Assembly: GCF_001194135.2 (NCBI RefSeq)
Contig: NC_069000.1
Location: forward strand, 21,421,501 to 21,471,705
Origin: Octopus bimaculoides
Taxonomy: Eukaryota
Length of the DNA: 50,205 bases
Direction: 5' to 3'
The notes below the pieces were generated by a model, which did no database searches, was not told the origin of the DNA, and was given only the letters and a program-made list of their open reading frames with translations. Position 1 is the stretch's first letter, and each line of letters starts with the position of its first letter. The position numbers and the translations under genes are program-made. Below, piece after piece: positions 23,583 to 36,235 of this stretch.

Positions 23583-25075
23583 ATCATCGCCATCATCATT
23601 TAACATCCATTGTCCATGCTGGCATGGGTTGGTCAGTTTGACCAGCGCTGGTAAGCTGAGGGGTTGTACCAGACTCCTGTCTGATTTGGTATGGTTTCTA
23701 CAGCTGGATGCCCTTCCTAACACCAACCACTCCGAGAGTGTAGTGAGTGCTGTTTATGTGCCACTGGCATGGGTGCCAGTTGTGTGACACCAGTGTCTGT
23801 CACAGCTATGATTTCACTTGGCTTCATAGATCTTCTACTCAAGCATTGTATGTTGCTGAAGGTCTCGGTCATTTGTCATTGCCTCTCTGAGGCCCAACAC
23901 TCAAAAATGATTTTTACATACCACCCGCACAGGTGCTAGTTGCGCAACACTGGCCACATAGCCTCCATGAGGTCCAACACTTAAAAGGTGCTTTTTTACA
24001 TGCCACTGGCACAGATGCTACTTACGCAACACCACCATTGGCCATACTGCTCCACGAGACCCAACGCTCGATAGGTACTTTTTATGTGTCACTAGCATGG
24101 GTGCCAGTTATGCGACACGAGCATCAGCCATGACTACAATTTCACTTGGCTTGCTGGGTCTTTTCAAACACAGCATATCGCCAAAGGTCTCGGTTACAAG
24201 TCATTGCCTCTGTGGGGCCCAACATTCAAAGATCATGCTTCACCACCTCATCCCATGTCTTCCTGGGTCTACTTCTTCCACAGGCTCCCTCCACAATTAG
24301 AGATTGGCATTTTTTTTTACACAGCTATCCTCATCCATATGCATCACATGACCATACCACATCTGATGCCTCTCATGCCCAACTTTTCTTTCAAGATGCT
24401 TACACTCTATCAAACATGCACACTGACATTGCACATCCAGTGAAGCATGCTAGCTTCATTTCTTCCAAACTTATGCATGTCCTTGGTGGTAACAGCCCAT
24501 GTTTCACTGCCATGTAGCATAGCTGTTCACACACAGGAATCATACAGTCAGCTTTTCACTCTAGGAGAGAGGCCCTTTGTTACTAACAGAAGTAGGAGCT
24601 CTCTGAACTTTGCCCAGTCTATTCTCATAGCTACGCTCTTGGTCATCCAGATAATGGAAGCTATCAACTAACTCTAACTTACCCACCTGGCATTTGATGG
24701 AGTCTATTTTCTGTGCATTTTTAGTGTTTATTGTACCTGCGCACCTTCCACACACAAAGACTATTTTCCCAGTTAACCTACCTCTGATATTGCTGCACTT
24801 CTTATGTATCCATAGCTTACACTGGGTACATCTTATGGAATTCCTACCCATGCCTTTCCTCAGATCAAGCAGGGCTCTCTACCCAAAGGTGTTTGTGATT
24901 TGTCTGCTTTCCTACTTACTAAGACTTTGGTTTTTGACAGGTTAACTCTAAGGCCCTTCAATTTTAGACCTTGTTTCCACACCTGAATTTTCTTCTCTAG
25001 TTCTGATAGTGATTCAACTATAAGAACAAGGTCATCAGCATAGAGAAGCTCCCAGGGGTAGCTCATCTTAAATTC
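23583..25075 (-). mobile_element. Decayed RTE-clade LINE (RT 3' part, PHD, C-terminus, 3' UTR)
   Basis: PWELLYADDLVLIVESLSELEKKIQVWKQGL (YADD RT motif), RCTQCKLWIHKKC, and a tail at 23583. Confidence 0.9.
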
Positions 25076-25095
25076 CTCTAAGGTATTTTATTCAC

Positions 25096-25162
25096 CTGGT
25101 CTTTGCATGCTGAATCACCAAGCTGCAGGTCATATTATGTGAAACATAAATGTCCTCTTTAT
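25096..25162 (-). CDS. Weak candidate exon (67 nt): (D)KEDIYVSHNMTCSLVIQHAKT(R/S)
   Basis: Acceptor tttatctttgcattaacaccactag| and donor CAG|gtgaat; only one frame is open; no homology recognised. Confidence 0.25.
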
Positions 25163-25429
25163 CTAGTGGTGTTAATGCAAAGATAAATACATGCACACAC
25201 ACACACATATACAGATCATGCTGAACCATCCAACCCATGCCAACATAGTAAAAAAATGGACATGAAATGCTGGTTGTATGTATATTCCATATAATTTGTC
25301 TACCAAATTTCACTTAGCAAGCATTGATCAACCCTAAGGCTCAAGGAGAAAACATTTGTCTAAAGTGCAATATTGTTGCTATGTAGTAAGAAGTCTGCTT
25401 CCCAACCACAGAGTTCTGCCTGTCAGTGC

Positions 25430-25463
<34 letters not shown>

Positions 25464-26299
25464 GATCATCTCCTTGCCTTGACACCACATGACAGTTGTA
25501 AATGAGTGTCCTGTTCGTGGGGACTCAAGATTGATGCATGTCATCTGTGTCTTACATTCACACTCAGTTTCAAATTATGTGTTCTTAGTTCAATCCCAAG
25601 TTAATCCTGGAAAAATAATTACCTGTTAACTATCTTAAGAAAAGCTAGAAAAACTCAGAAAATTCACAATTTCTCTCTCTCTCCCTCTCTCTCTCGCCAC
25701 TGCTGCTAAATTGTTGACAGCTCTTTACTCCTTTGTTCTTACAAGATTATAATCTTGTATCTATTCCCACCACACAAAGTTGAAGTTAAACAGATCACAT
25801 TAAACATAACAGCTATCCAGCTAAAAAGAAAAAATGCAAATAAATCCATAAAAAAAACTTATCTTCACTGCAACACCCCTTACACAAATTCTTTTTAGTT
25901 ACACCCAGTTTCTGTTCCTTACAAAACAAAACTTGTGATACAGATATCCCTGCAGCTCCCACTTATCTCTCTCTCTCTCTCTTACTTTTATTATAAAGAA
26001 TTGCCTGGCAGAACATAAAGTTCAGTAACTGGTTTCATTGTTGAAGTACAACTTTAACCCTTTTTGTTACCATATTTCTGTACAAATGCACTGTTTTTGT
26101 TCCAATTAATTTTGAAATTAATGAAGAATTTAGTAAAATAACTGTCGTTATTTAGCTGGTATTTGAAACATGAATTACCATGAAATTTCTATGGAAAATT
26201 TTAATTTATATCATCGAAATTGAAATCAAACCAAATTCGACGACTGGCACCCATGCCAACCTTCCTTCATTGGACACTAAACTCTGCTTGCGAAGACGT

Positions 26300-26792
26300 G
26301 TTGGGGCAAGTGAAATCAAAACTGAACCAAATTCGATGACTGGCACCTGTGCCAGTGGAGCACTAACAGCACCATCTGAGTGGGATCACTGCTAGAGCTG
26401 TGGTCTGGCTTTCGTGCCGGTGGCACGTAAAAAGTACCGTTTGAGCGTGAACGTTACCAGCGTCGCCTTACTGGCACTTGTGCCGGTGGCATGTGAACAA
26501 AACATTCGAGCGACGTCGTTGCCAGCGCAGCTGGACTGACTCTTGTGCAGGTGGCACATAAAAAACACCATTTGAACGTGACAGTTGCCAGTGCCACCTG
26601 ACTGGCCCTCGTGCCGGTGGCACGTAAAAGCACCCACTACACTCTCGGAGTGGTTGGCATTAGGAAGGGCATCCAGCTGTAGAAACTCTGCCAGATCAGA
26701 TTGGAGCCTGGTGTAGCCATCTGTTCACCAGTCCTCAATCAAATGCTAGCATGGAAAGCAGGCGTTAAACGATGATGATGATGATGATGATG
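26300..26792 (+). mobile_element. RTE LINE 3' UTR (tandem ~66-bp palindromic units plus (GAT)n tail) without adjoining ORF
   Basis: GTGCC-x3-GGCAC-type units at 26349, 26414, 26480, 26545 and 26611, then ccatgctagcatggaaagc..ttaaacgatgatgat. A similar copy lies at 39897-40208. Confidence 0.85.
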
Positions 26793-26947
26793 ACTTTAAA
26801 CAGGGAGTTAGTATCACAGAATCAAGTGGTCTCTTCCATTGCAGCAATTCCTAAACCATTCCAGTCCATGTAAAACAACTCAGCACAACAACCTCACTAA
26901 CCTCAATACCACTTCCCCGCTCCTCTGATCAAACATCCACTTAGGAA

Positions 26948-27722
26948 TCATCATCATCATCATCATCATCATCATTTAGTATCTGCTTTCCATGCTGGCA
27001 TGAGTTAGACAGTTTGACTGAAACTGGTAAGCTGCACCAGGTTCCAATCTGATTTTGCTTGGTTTCTATGGCTGGATGCCCTTTCTAATGACAACCACTC
27101 CAAGAGTGTAATGAGCGCATTTTACATGTCACCAGCATGGGTACCAGTTACATGACACAAGCATCAGCCACAGCTACAACTTCATGTGACTTGACAAGTC
27201 TTCTTAAGCATGGCATATCACCAAAGATCTGTCACTTGTCATTGCTTCCGTGAGGCCCAACATTCAAAGATCATGCTTCACCACATCACCTCATGTCTTC
27301 CTGGGTCTACCTCTTCCACAGATTCCCTCCACAGTTAGAGATCGGCACTTTTTTCACACAGCTGTCCTCATCCATACGCATCACATGACCAAACCAGCAC
27401 AGTCATCTCTCTTGCATGCCACATCTGTTGCCTCTTATGCCTAACTTTTCTCTCAAGATGCTTACACTTCGTTGTACATGTACACTGACATTGCACATCC
27501 AGTGAAAGACACAAGCTTCATTTCTTTCAAGCCTATGCACGTTTCGGCAGTCACAGCCCATGTTTCACTGCCATGTAACATGGCTGTTCACACACAGGCA
27601 TCGTATAGTCTGCCTTTCACTCTGAGGGAGAAGCCTTTGTTACCAACAGAGGTAGGAGTTCTCTGAACTTTGCTCAGCCTGTTCTTATTCTAGCAGTTAC
27701 ATTCTCAGAGCATCAACCTCCA
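26948..27722 (-). mobile_element. 5'-truncated RTE-clade LINE
   Basis: (CAT)n tail at 26948; ORF2 C-terminal sequence homologous to 46340-46870. Confidence 0.85.
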
Positions 27723-27751
27723 CTATGCTTATCTTATTTATTTCTGTAGAC

Positions 27752-28174
27752 CAGCGTTTCTCAACCATTTTTTGTCTATGGACCCTATTGGTTCCTATTT
27801 TATTCAGGAGGTGGGACCCTCATAACCATTCAATGTTCAAAAACTGCTATTATATCTTTATGATTAACCTTTTAGCATTTAATCCAGCCATAACCAGCTC
27901 AAGTATTCTACTTGTTTTATGTTAAACTGACAAGATACAACCTCTCACATCTACCCCTACAATAGCATTCTAAAAACATACAAACACACCATTGAAATCT
28001 CAAAGCCATGTGACAATATATGATAATTCAAAACAATGTGAATAAATAAGCAATACATTTGAAAAAAGAAATATGAATGCTAAAGAGTTAAATATTATTA
28101 GGAATTGTATTAAAAAATTGTTAAAATATTTTATGTATTGTACAGAAGTTATGGACCCTTGTTAGGAATCACTG
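27752..28174. mobile_element. hAT/Charlie-type MITE with a piggyBac-type MITE (27864-28091) nested inside
   Basis: TIR-like cagcgtttctcaacc / gttaggaatcactg. The 8-bp flanks ctgtagac / tgctagac resemble the Charlie NTCTAGAN target. Confidence 0.6.
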
Positions 28175-28320
28175 TGCTAGACAGAGTTGAACTCCTCCTC
28201 ATAATTCCAATCTGAAATTGCCTACAGACAGTGATACTAAAAATTCATTAAAAAAAAAAAAAAAGAACAATTTAAATCTTAAAGCTAAACAAAAAAATAA
28301 TTAAATATCAGTTGCATATA

Positions 28321-28532
28321 CAGTAATCCCTCAACTATCACAGGTGTTATATTCCAAAACCTCCCACAGAAATAATTAAAATCTAAAAAATTATAAATAC
28401 TTATCAGCTGCAGAAACCCAGATATACTGAGGAGTCTGCGATATAAATCCGCGATGTACTGAGTGTGCGATAGGTGAACTGCAATGTACCATATGTGTAA
28501 TAGGTGAACCATGATATGGTGAGGGATTACTG
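28321..28532. mobile_element. Tigger/pogo-type MITE
   Basis: TA-cagtaatccctc...gagggattactg-TA: perfect 12-bp TIRs with a TA duplication. Confidence 0.85.
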
Positions 28533-29996
28533 TATACTGGTTTTGTAAAATAAAAAAATTCATTATTTTTTAACACAGCTAAGTGCTTGTATTTTCATTG
28601 CTGGTGCTAAAACGGTTTCGCAACCTTGCTCACATCAATTCTTCTCAGTGGAAGAGACAATAGTGCTTACTTATTAACACAATATGAATAACACCAAAGA
28701 TGAAACGGACCAAAGAATTAGTTATCGTGTTCAACTTCTATTGTTGTATTTCTGAAACTAACTCAAAATTGGTGCATGTCGTGTCTCGCATTCACTTTCA
28801 AAGCATTTTAATTGAATGAATCAACTCCAGTACCTATTGCTTTTAAAACCTGGAACTTATTCTATTGGTCTCTTTTGCCAAACCATTAAGTTATGGGGAT
28901 GTAAACAAACCAACTCCAGTTATCAAGCAGTGGTGGGAGATAAGCACAAAGACACACACACACACAGATACACACACATATATGTAAGGTCACTGGTGAG
29001 GTCTCTTATGAGTGCTACTGGCAACATAGAATCCAGTATAATTTGTTGCATAGTCATGTTATCAGCAACTAAACCAGCATCCCCACTACGTCTGCCTGAT
29101 GAGGAGGGCTGCTAGAAACCCAGCAAGACTAAAAAGAAAACCTGTCTGAAGGACAGATGAACTTAGTGTAGGTTCCACAATCATCTAGCAATAGCACAGG
29201 CCCACAGAAATTGTGAGTTGGTGTCCAGTATGCTGGAAGACCACTGGAAATGAGATACCCCTCACCTTTTGTTAAAGTGTGTCTCTAAGAGAAGGTCACT
29301 AATATAAAAATAGATCTCCAGGGAATGGAATTGAACATTTTGGGGATCTTTTGTTTGCGCTTGAGATCATAGCACTTCTACATTCCTGAGCTTGCAATCC
29401 ATATTCACACTAGATATCTTGCCGTGACTTCTCTCTGGATGATGTTGGTAAGGTGAAAAAGGGCTGTGTAAGCCTTATTGGATTTAAAATTTGAGGTTAC
29501 GCAATTACCAGCAAGGCAACTTTCCAATGTTGATCAAGCGGGTAGATGTTGTGGCAAGCATGGAAGCTGTGGGCATGAAACCAGGTGAAGTCTACACAAA
29601 TCCACTCACAAAAGTCAACAAAATCCAGTTTCTGTCTACCAAATCCACTCACAAGGCTTTTGACCCCAGAACTTTACACTTGATACTTACTCTATTTTTC
29701 TCTTTTGCTGAACCACTAAGTTATGGGGACATAAACAAACCAACATTAATTGTCAAGTGGGGCAGGAGGTGGCGAACACAAACACAAAGACATACACATA
29801 TATGTATGTGTGTGTGTGTGTGTGTGTATTTGATGGGCTTCTTTCCCTATCCATCTACCAAATTCACTCACAAGGCTTTGGTTGGCCTGAAGCTATAGTA
29901 GATGGCACTTGCCGAAGGTGCATGTAGTAGGACTGAACTTAGCAGCCACTCCTGACCCTATAACTGTATGTGTGCGAGAGAGAGAGAGAGACAGAG

Positions 29997-30037
<41 letters not shown>

Positions 30038-30248
30038 GCGTGTGTGTGTGTGGTATGTGAGTGTTACTGATTCTTCTGGAGGAATGAGGATTGGATCTGA
30101 AGCCTAGAAAGGAGTAGGATTTATCTACATCCTAACAATACATGTTAGCCCATTTGATTAACTTCTATATCGCTCTACTCCTCTCAAACCGAAAATGTAA
30201 ATAATTATGGAATCTAACATTTTTACAAATGAAGCGATTAAGTCAAAC

Positions 30249-30311
30249 CTGGTGACCGGTAACTATTTCATCGTCCTCGTAAAGATAAGAAGAAAAAAAT
30301 TGATCACACAA
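30249..30311 (-). CDS. Candidate 63-nt symmetric exon: LCDQFFSSYLYEDDEIVTGHQ
   Basis: Acceptor gcctttacattctgactttaaatag|, donor CAG|gtttga, phase 0-0 open frame; may belong to the same gene as the 13.5-kb exon. Confidence 0.35.
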
Positions 30312-32018
30312 CTATTTAAAGTCAGAATGTAAAGGCACGTGATAAATAACTGCAAGCAAAAATAGTAAAAAAAAAAAAAAAAAAGCCTTCAACAATATCC
30401 AAAGAAAAGTAAAGAGTGCTACAACAACACTAAGAAGAAGAAACAATAATTACAACAGCAATTAAATCTTTTCCAAGTCTTCTGAGGTAGGTGGGAGGAA
30501 CTGCAATAGAATGTACTCCGCTAAAGACACTAAAAGAGCCTGCTGGTTGTGTTAATCCGAGCGATGATTTAAGGTTATCCCCAGTTTAGTCACGGATGCA
30601 AAACAAACAAATAAATAAATAAAAACCTGGGATGGTCACGAGCAAAATATCATTGCTGATTTGACCGGGGTCGAAACAGTAACAACAACAGTTGCAATAT
30701 CTCCGATAGCAACAACGGCCACAGGAAACTACAAAAACAACGGCCACAAAATCAATAGCAAATTCTGCAGCAACAATTTGGCTTATTAGCTAGTGTACTG
30801 AAAATAGAGGATAGACAAACGTGTATATATATNNNNNNNNNNNNNNNNNNNNNNNNNNNNNNNNNNNNNNNNNNNNNNNNNNNNNNNNNNNNNNNNNNNN
30901 NNNNTATATATATATATATATATATATTATACTTCACGTTACTTTCGGAGTTGATCTGGAGCTTAGACAACAACTGCTAGACTTTGGAAAGTTATTTTGT
31001 ATGTCGGTATGAAGTGCAATATTTTTTTTTTTTCTGTTCTGAAACTTTTGGGGTTTTTTTTAAATAATATATATTTTAAATGTAATTACTTGTATAAAAT
31101 ACAATTCCTACTTCATCCGACTTAGGACGAGTCAAAATGTGAGATGAGACCCGGTTGCAAACTCACAAGGAAATTTATTCGTTTTCAAAACTAAACTTAG
31201 GTGGATGTTCGATTTGCTGGAAGTAACAGTGACATATTCCTCTAGCACATTGTCACTGTCTTAAATAGAAAGGATACGCTGGATAATGTAGTTCGCAGTC
31301 TGGAAATAAAAATAGGATTGACACAGCTGGAATGCTGAGCCGAAGTTAAAAAAAGAAAAAATCTACAATAGCTTAACAGGTTAGAAATATCAAAATTCCT
31401 TCAATTTACAGGCTACTTAAAAACAAAACAAACAAAAAAAAACGGGACGGCTACAGCTGGTACATCTTCGATCAGGGCTAAAACGTCTGCGAAACAACTA
31501 CTGTTGTAAACTGGTTACGAACAAAACTATTGACTTATTTGCAAAACCCGTTACATCATAACTTAATATGAAGTATATATTATTATAAATATGTTTAAAT
31601 GATATTTTATATAATATTATACACATTCATAGAATAACTTTATAAATCACAGCACAGTTGTATAGTATATTTATACATCGTTTATAGTGTCTATATATAT
31701 ACAAATTTATAATATTAACTATTATAGAGAGAAAAAAAGTACAACTGAACAAGAGCAAAAAATAATAAAGCTTACGATAGGTTTAATCAATTGGATTTCA
31801 TGTATTTTACATATGAGTTGAAGGTCTACAGGATGAATGTAGTGGGTACCCGAGGAAGACAATATATTCACAGAACATTGAGGAACATTCGGATAAGTGG
31901 AAGCCTTATTAACATCTTACATTGAACAGGACAAAATGTGATGACTAACTGATCACTAGGCTGCGTACGTGTACATATCAAAGTCATGTGTGCGCGTGTG
32001 TGTGCCTGTGTTTTAGTG

Positions 32019-32057
<39 letters not shown>

Positions 32058-33074
32058 NNNNNNNNNNNNNNNNNNNNNNNNNNNNNNNNNNNNNNNNNNN
32101 NNNNNNNNNNNNNNNNNNNNNNNNNNNNNNNNNNNNNNNNNNNNNNNNNNNNNNNNNNNNNNNNNNNNNNNNNNNNNNNNNNNNNNNNNNNNNNNNNNNN
32201 NNNNNNNNNNNNNNNNNNNNNNNNNNNNNNNNNNNNNNNNNNNNNNNNNNNNNNNNNNNNNNNNNNNNNNNNNNNNNNNNNNNNNNNNNNNNNNNNNNNN
32301 NNNNNNNNNNNNNNNNNNNNNNNNNNNNNNNNNNNNNNNNNNNNNNNNNNNNNNNNNNNNNNNNNNNNNNNNNNNNNNNNNNNNNNNNNNNNNNNNNNNN
32401 NNNNNNNNNNNNNNNNNNNNNNNNNNNNNNNNNNNNNNNNNNNNNNNNNNNNNNNNNNNNNNNNNNNNNNNNNNNNNNNNNNNNNNNNNNNNNNNNNNNN
32501 NNNNNNNNNNNNNNNNNNNNNNNNNNNNNNNNNNNNNNNNNNNNNNNNNNNNNNNNNNNNNNNNNNNNNNNNNNNNNNNNNNNNNNNNNNNNNNNNNNNN
32601 NNNNNNNNNNNNNNNNNNNATATATATAAACATACACACATATATGCGTTATTGATTTTTATATACATATATGTACAAACACATTAATTAAATAAGCGAA
32701 ATGCAGGCGCATGCATGGCTGTATGATTAAGAAGTTCGCTTCCCAACCACCTAGTTTTGGGTTCAATTTCACTCCATGGCTTGTTGGGCTCTTCCACTAT
32801 AATCCTAGAAGACAAGGCCTTGTGCGTGAATTTGATAGACAGAAACTGAAAGAAGCGTCCTTCTCTCTCTCTCTTTCTCTATTGAGGAGAAACAACAGAG
32901 AGAATAGGAAAGAGCACATGAAAGGCGTCACTTCTCCGTTTAATATATGCTGGTCGTCGTTGTGGGCTTTCTCAACCCAGTTGTCCTACCCACTTCAGTT
33001 TTATTTTCCCTCTTAACATGAACTAGCAGAAACTGTGGAGATCCAGGATTATTTGAAATATTTGGTGACATAAC

Positions 33075-34290
33075 TCCGTGCGGAATCATTGGTGGTTTTC
33101 CACTGATGATAGCCAGTCTTCTCATTCTTATCTGCCGTCTTTGGAGCTTCTTGTCTTTTTCTGTACTACTCGAAAAATTCCAGCTAAAACGGCATATTCC
33201 TCAATTGCTCTCCACCCTTCATTGACAGTCTCAAACTTCCTTGGTTGAATGCTGCAGAGTGTGAAGTTCCACTTCAAGATATCTCAGAACCTCACTTGTG
33301 ATATTCTTTGATGACATTTTCTTCTTTCCAATTCAGAATAAAAGATGGACTTTGGTAGTCATTTATTATCCATACTTTGAACATGGCAAATCAAATGCTG
33401 CCAATGGTTGGTAATCATTGCTCCGATGCTGTCATTTCTGCTTGTTCTAGAGCACAGGTGTCAGTCTTTTGTTCGCAGTTAACACCTAGATGTGAGCGAA
33501 GATTTTTATAACTGAAACTGATCAATCTATTTAATGTAACATTAATAATGAGTCCATATCTCGTAAGCATAAAGAATTGTGTACTGCATTTCTGAAATTA
33601 TATTCGTTCATGTTTTAAACAAGAATCGGCTTCAGCTGAAGGCACCTCCATTGTATCAGGTCATTAAGAATATGTCCGATTTTCTTATGCACCAAGTTTG
33701 ACAGTCGTTAACTCTAATGTTTTATCCTGATAATTCTTTGTATTAAAACGTTGAAATGTTACATCATCACTTTTCGAAATGCAATTCATGGTGTCTGATT
33801 ATATTGTGAGTTTTCCCTTGTAAATCAATTTTTGTGAACCCATAGATAGATCAAAAATTCATGTTGTTTATGAATGAGTAACGTCGTGGAACCAAAGCAT
33901 CCCAAATAATTCGAAACATCAATGATATGTTTCGTGAAGATGTGGCGAATGAGCGCACCGTACGTCGATGGTTTGAGAAGATCCGGTCTGGTGACGTTAC
34001 TCTTGAAAATAAGTCCCGTGGAGTATCTTTGTACTGAGCATAACCTTGTCATCACTAAAACACTGTTCAGACTCAAAGAGAAACACAAAACTTTTGGGAT
34101 GTACTCGAGTCCGAAACATTAACGTCTCATCGATTATGTTATCACCAGAGCCGTAAATTGATCGGGCGTTTACATCACTAAAGCTATGAGAAGCACTGAC
34201 CACTGCAAGACGAATCAGCGACTGATTATCTCAAAAATCAACATCAATATTCTAGCGAATCGTGATATCGGGCGATTGCTGAATATTCCC
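33075..34290 (-). mobile_element. Old BovB-like RTE LINE 3' remnant split by a mariner fragment
   Basis: Minus translation ...HVQSMDNK*LPKSIFYSELERRK...RF*DILKWNFTLCSI...GWRAI (33.2-33.4 kb) and NIDVDF...KILH (34.0-34.3 kb) resemble BovB/RTE ORF2 C-termini. Confidence 0.55.
33656..34021 (+). mobile_element. Mariner 5' fragment (left TIR plus N-terminal HTH)
   Basis: TA-tcaggtcattaagaatatgtccga terminus; RRGTKASQIIRNINDMFREDVANERTVRRWFEKIRSGDVTLENKSRG is a mariner HTH signature. Confidence 0.85.
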
Positions 34291-34584
34291 GCTACAAGAG
34301 AAAGAAGGACCATGTCTAGTTCGTATGTTTCATTTTTGTTTTAGTTTCTACGGCAGATGCCTTCCGATCACCAACTACTTTGCAGAATACAGAGTGCTTT
34401 ATTAATCACAGCGTCAAAGAAGATTGTCTTGTCCTTGACAAGAGACAAAACGGTCTCCTCGGCTTCTTAGCTCATTCATCAGTTATTTTACAGAGTGTAC
34501 GAGGTGTGTTTTATATTGGCGCCAATACAAGTCGTCTGTTGACGTCAGTCATCGGACTGAGGGTCATTCTGAAGCATTGACTTG

Positions 34585-34618
<34 letters not shown>

Positions 34619-35739
34619 ACGGTTACTCAAAGAATGAGAACCCAGCGATCACTGACCCAGCTCGCAAGTTTTGCCACTTGTGTAAGGACGTTAGCCACAC
34701 TATAAGAACATTTAAAAAAGAGAAAGCAAATAAATTAGCGACGCAGTCAAAATGCCTATCGAAAATTACAGCATCACCAAATGTTTTACACTGTCAGCGA
34801 GAGAAAGAGGGAGGGGGGGTAGAGAGGAATCAATTAGACAAATACACAAATTGAAAGAGAAACAAAGAAAGATAGAAAGAGAGCGAGAATGCTGTGAAAA
34901 ATTAGACGGATATAGAGAACAGAGAGAGAGGGGGGAGCGAATAAGTTAAAGAAAGAGTATAACAAGACAAAACAGTGCGTTCGTCAAAGAGAGGAAGAGA
35001 GAAGTAGAAAATAGAAAGAGAGCGGAGGTAATGTTGTTTGTAACGTTGTTTGCATGATGACGTCTTCTATATAATGAAGTTGTTGATATAAAACTTTACA
35101 GCTGACATAAAGAAAAATAAATACATCAGAAGAGCTTTATCTCGCCCTCCTCACGATGCATATGTGTATATATATATATATATACACACACACACATGTT
35201 TCGGCCAGAGTTAGCCCAAGCCATGACTGATTTGATAGCAGCACCTGGAAAAGACATTTAATGTTTCATATTACAGTTATTCTTTAGGCACCATAGCCTA
35301 GTTTTAAGTAGAGTTGTTAGCAGAGATATATCTACAATAGATTATCTGGAATTTGTTGGAAATATTCATCCAGGAACTGTTTGAATGTTATGAGATCTTT
35401 TTCTTCTCTATGTGTCTTGTTATGATGCTAAAGAGAGCAGGGAAGTTGAGGTGAAATAGTCATTAGTGTTGTGATGTGATGCAAGCATGATCTTTGTAGA
35501 AAATGGATGGCATGCAGACCAAGCCTTGTGTGAATTTAAAAGCTGATGCCAACATCATTTAAGCAATGTTGCTGGAATGTTTTCCACGTCATACAAATGA
35601 TATAGTGCTCTTGGCAGCGTTGGACGGAAAAGAATTTGTGCATCTCAAGCCAATTCCAATAATTAAGACATGTCACATCGTCTACATATTTTGTGATTGA
35701 TCTCTGGGGTGCTTCAACTTTTATTTTTGTTTCATGTAG

Positions 35740-35768
35740 GGAGACCACAGCAGAAAGCAGTATTCAAG
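35740..35768 (+). other. Candidate 29-nt micro-exon
   Basis: Strong acceptor cttttatttttgtttcatgtag| and strong donor AAG|gtaagg; all three frames are open; no supporting neighbouring exons identified. Confidence 0.3.
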
Positions 35769-35924
35769 GTAAGGACGTGTGTGTATGTACAGCTATGCAT
35801 TTTCAAAAAAGAAAAAAATGGAGATAAAATACTCAGTACACCTAGTAATGGTTTATTGATTCGATTGATGCTCATTTAGAGTCACACACACATACAAACA
35901 AGCCCATATATACATACACATATA

Positions 35925-36235
35925 GGATAAAGACCCCTTTCAGTTATAAATGACCATGGGATTGTACCTAGAAAGTTACTCTATGAGACACAAGGTTGTT
36001 TATCGAAGACCAGCAGTCGCTCATGCATACCAGTCTCCCCTCTTCATAACACTGATGTTATCCAAAGGAAAGGCAAAGGCTGATACAGCTTGGCACCAGT
36101 GACATCGCAACTATTTCTGCAGTTGACTGAACTGGAACAACGTGAAATAAAGCGTCTTGCTCAAGAACACAACACACAGCCTGGTCCGGGGATCGAACTC
36201 ACCACCTCATTAATGTAAGCCCGGCACTCTAACCA
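35925..36235 (-). mobile_element. tRNA-derived SINE of a second family
   Basis: Minus head tggttagagtgccgggc..gtgagttcgatcccc, then gagcaagacgctttatttcacgttgttccagttcagtcaactg. Confidence 0.7.

Noticed and set aside
26349-26640. CRISPR-like look (palindromic repeat plus ~40-bp spacers)
   Set aside because: The spacers are homologous to each other, the array is part of a LINE 3' UTR, the DNA is animal, and there are no cas genes.
29095-29125. Second hammerhead-like CTGATGA...GAAA
   Set aside because: Stems I-III cannot be formed convincingly.
35300-35720. YVDD-containing minus-strand RT remnant
   Set aside because: Too decayed to assign (mixed Penelope-like and CR1-like cues); probably an old retroelement but not supportable as a call.
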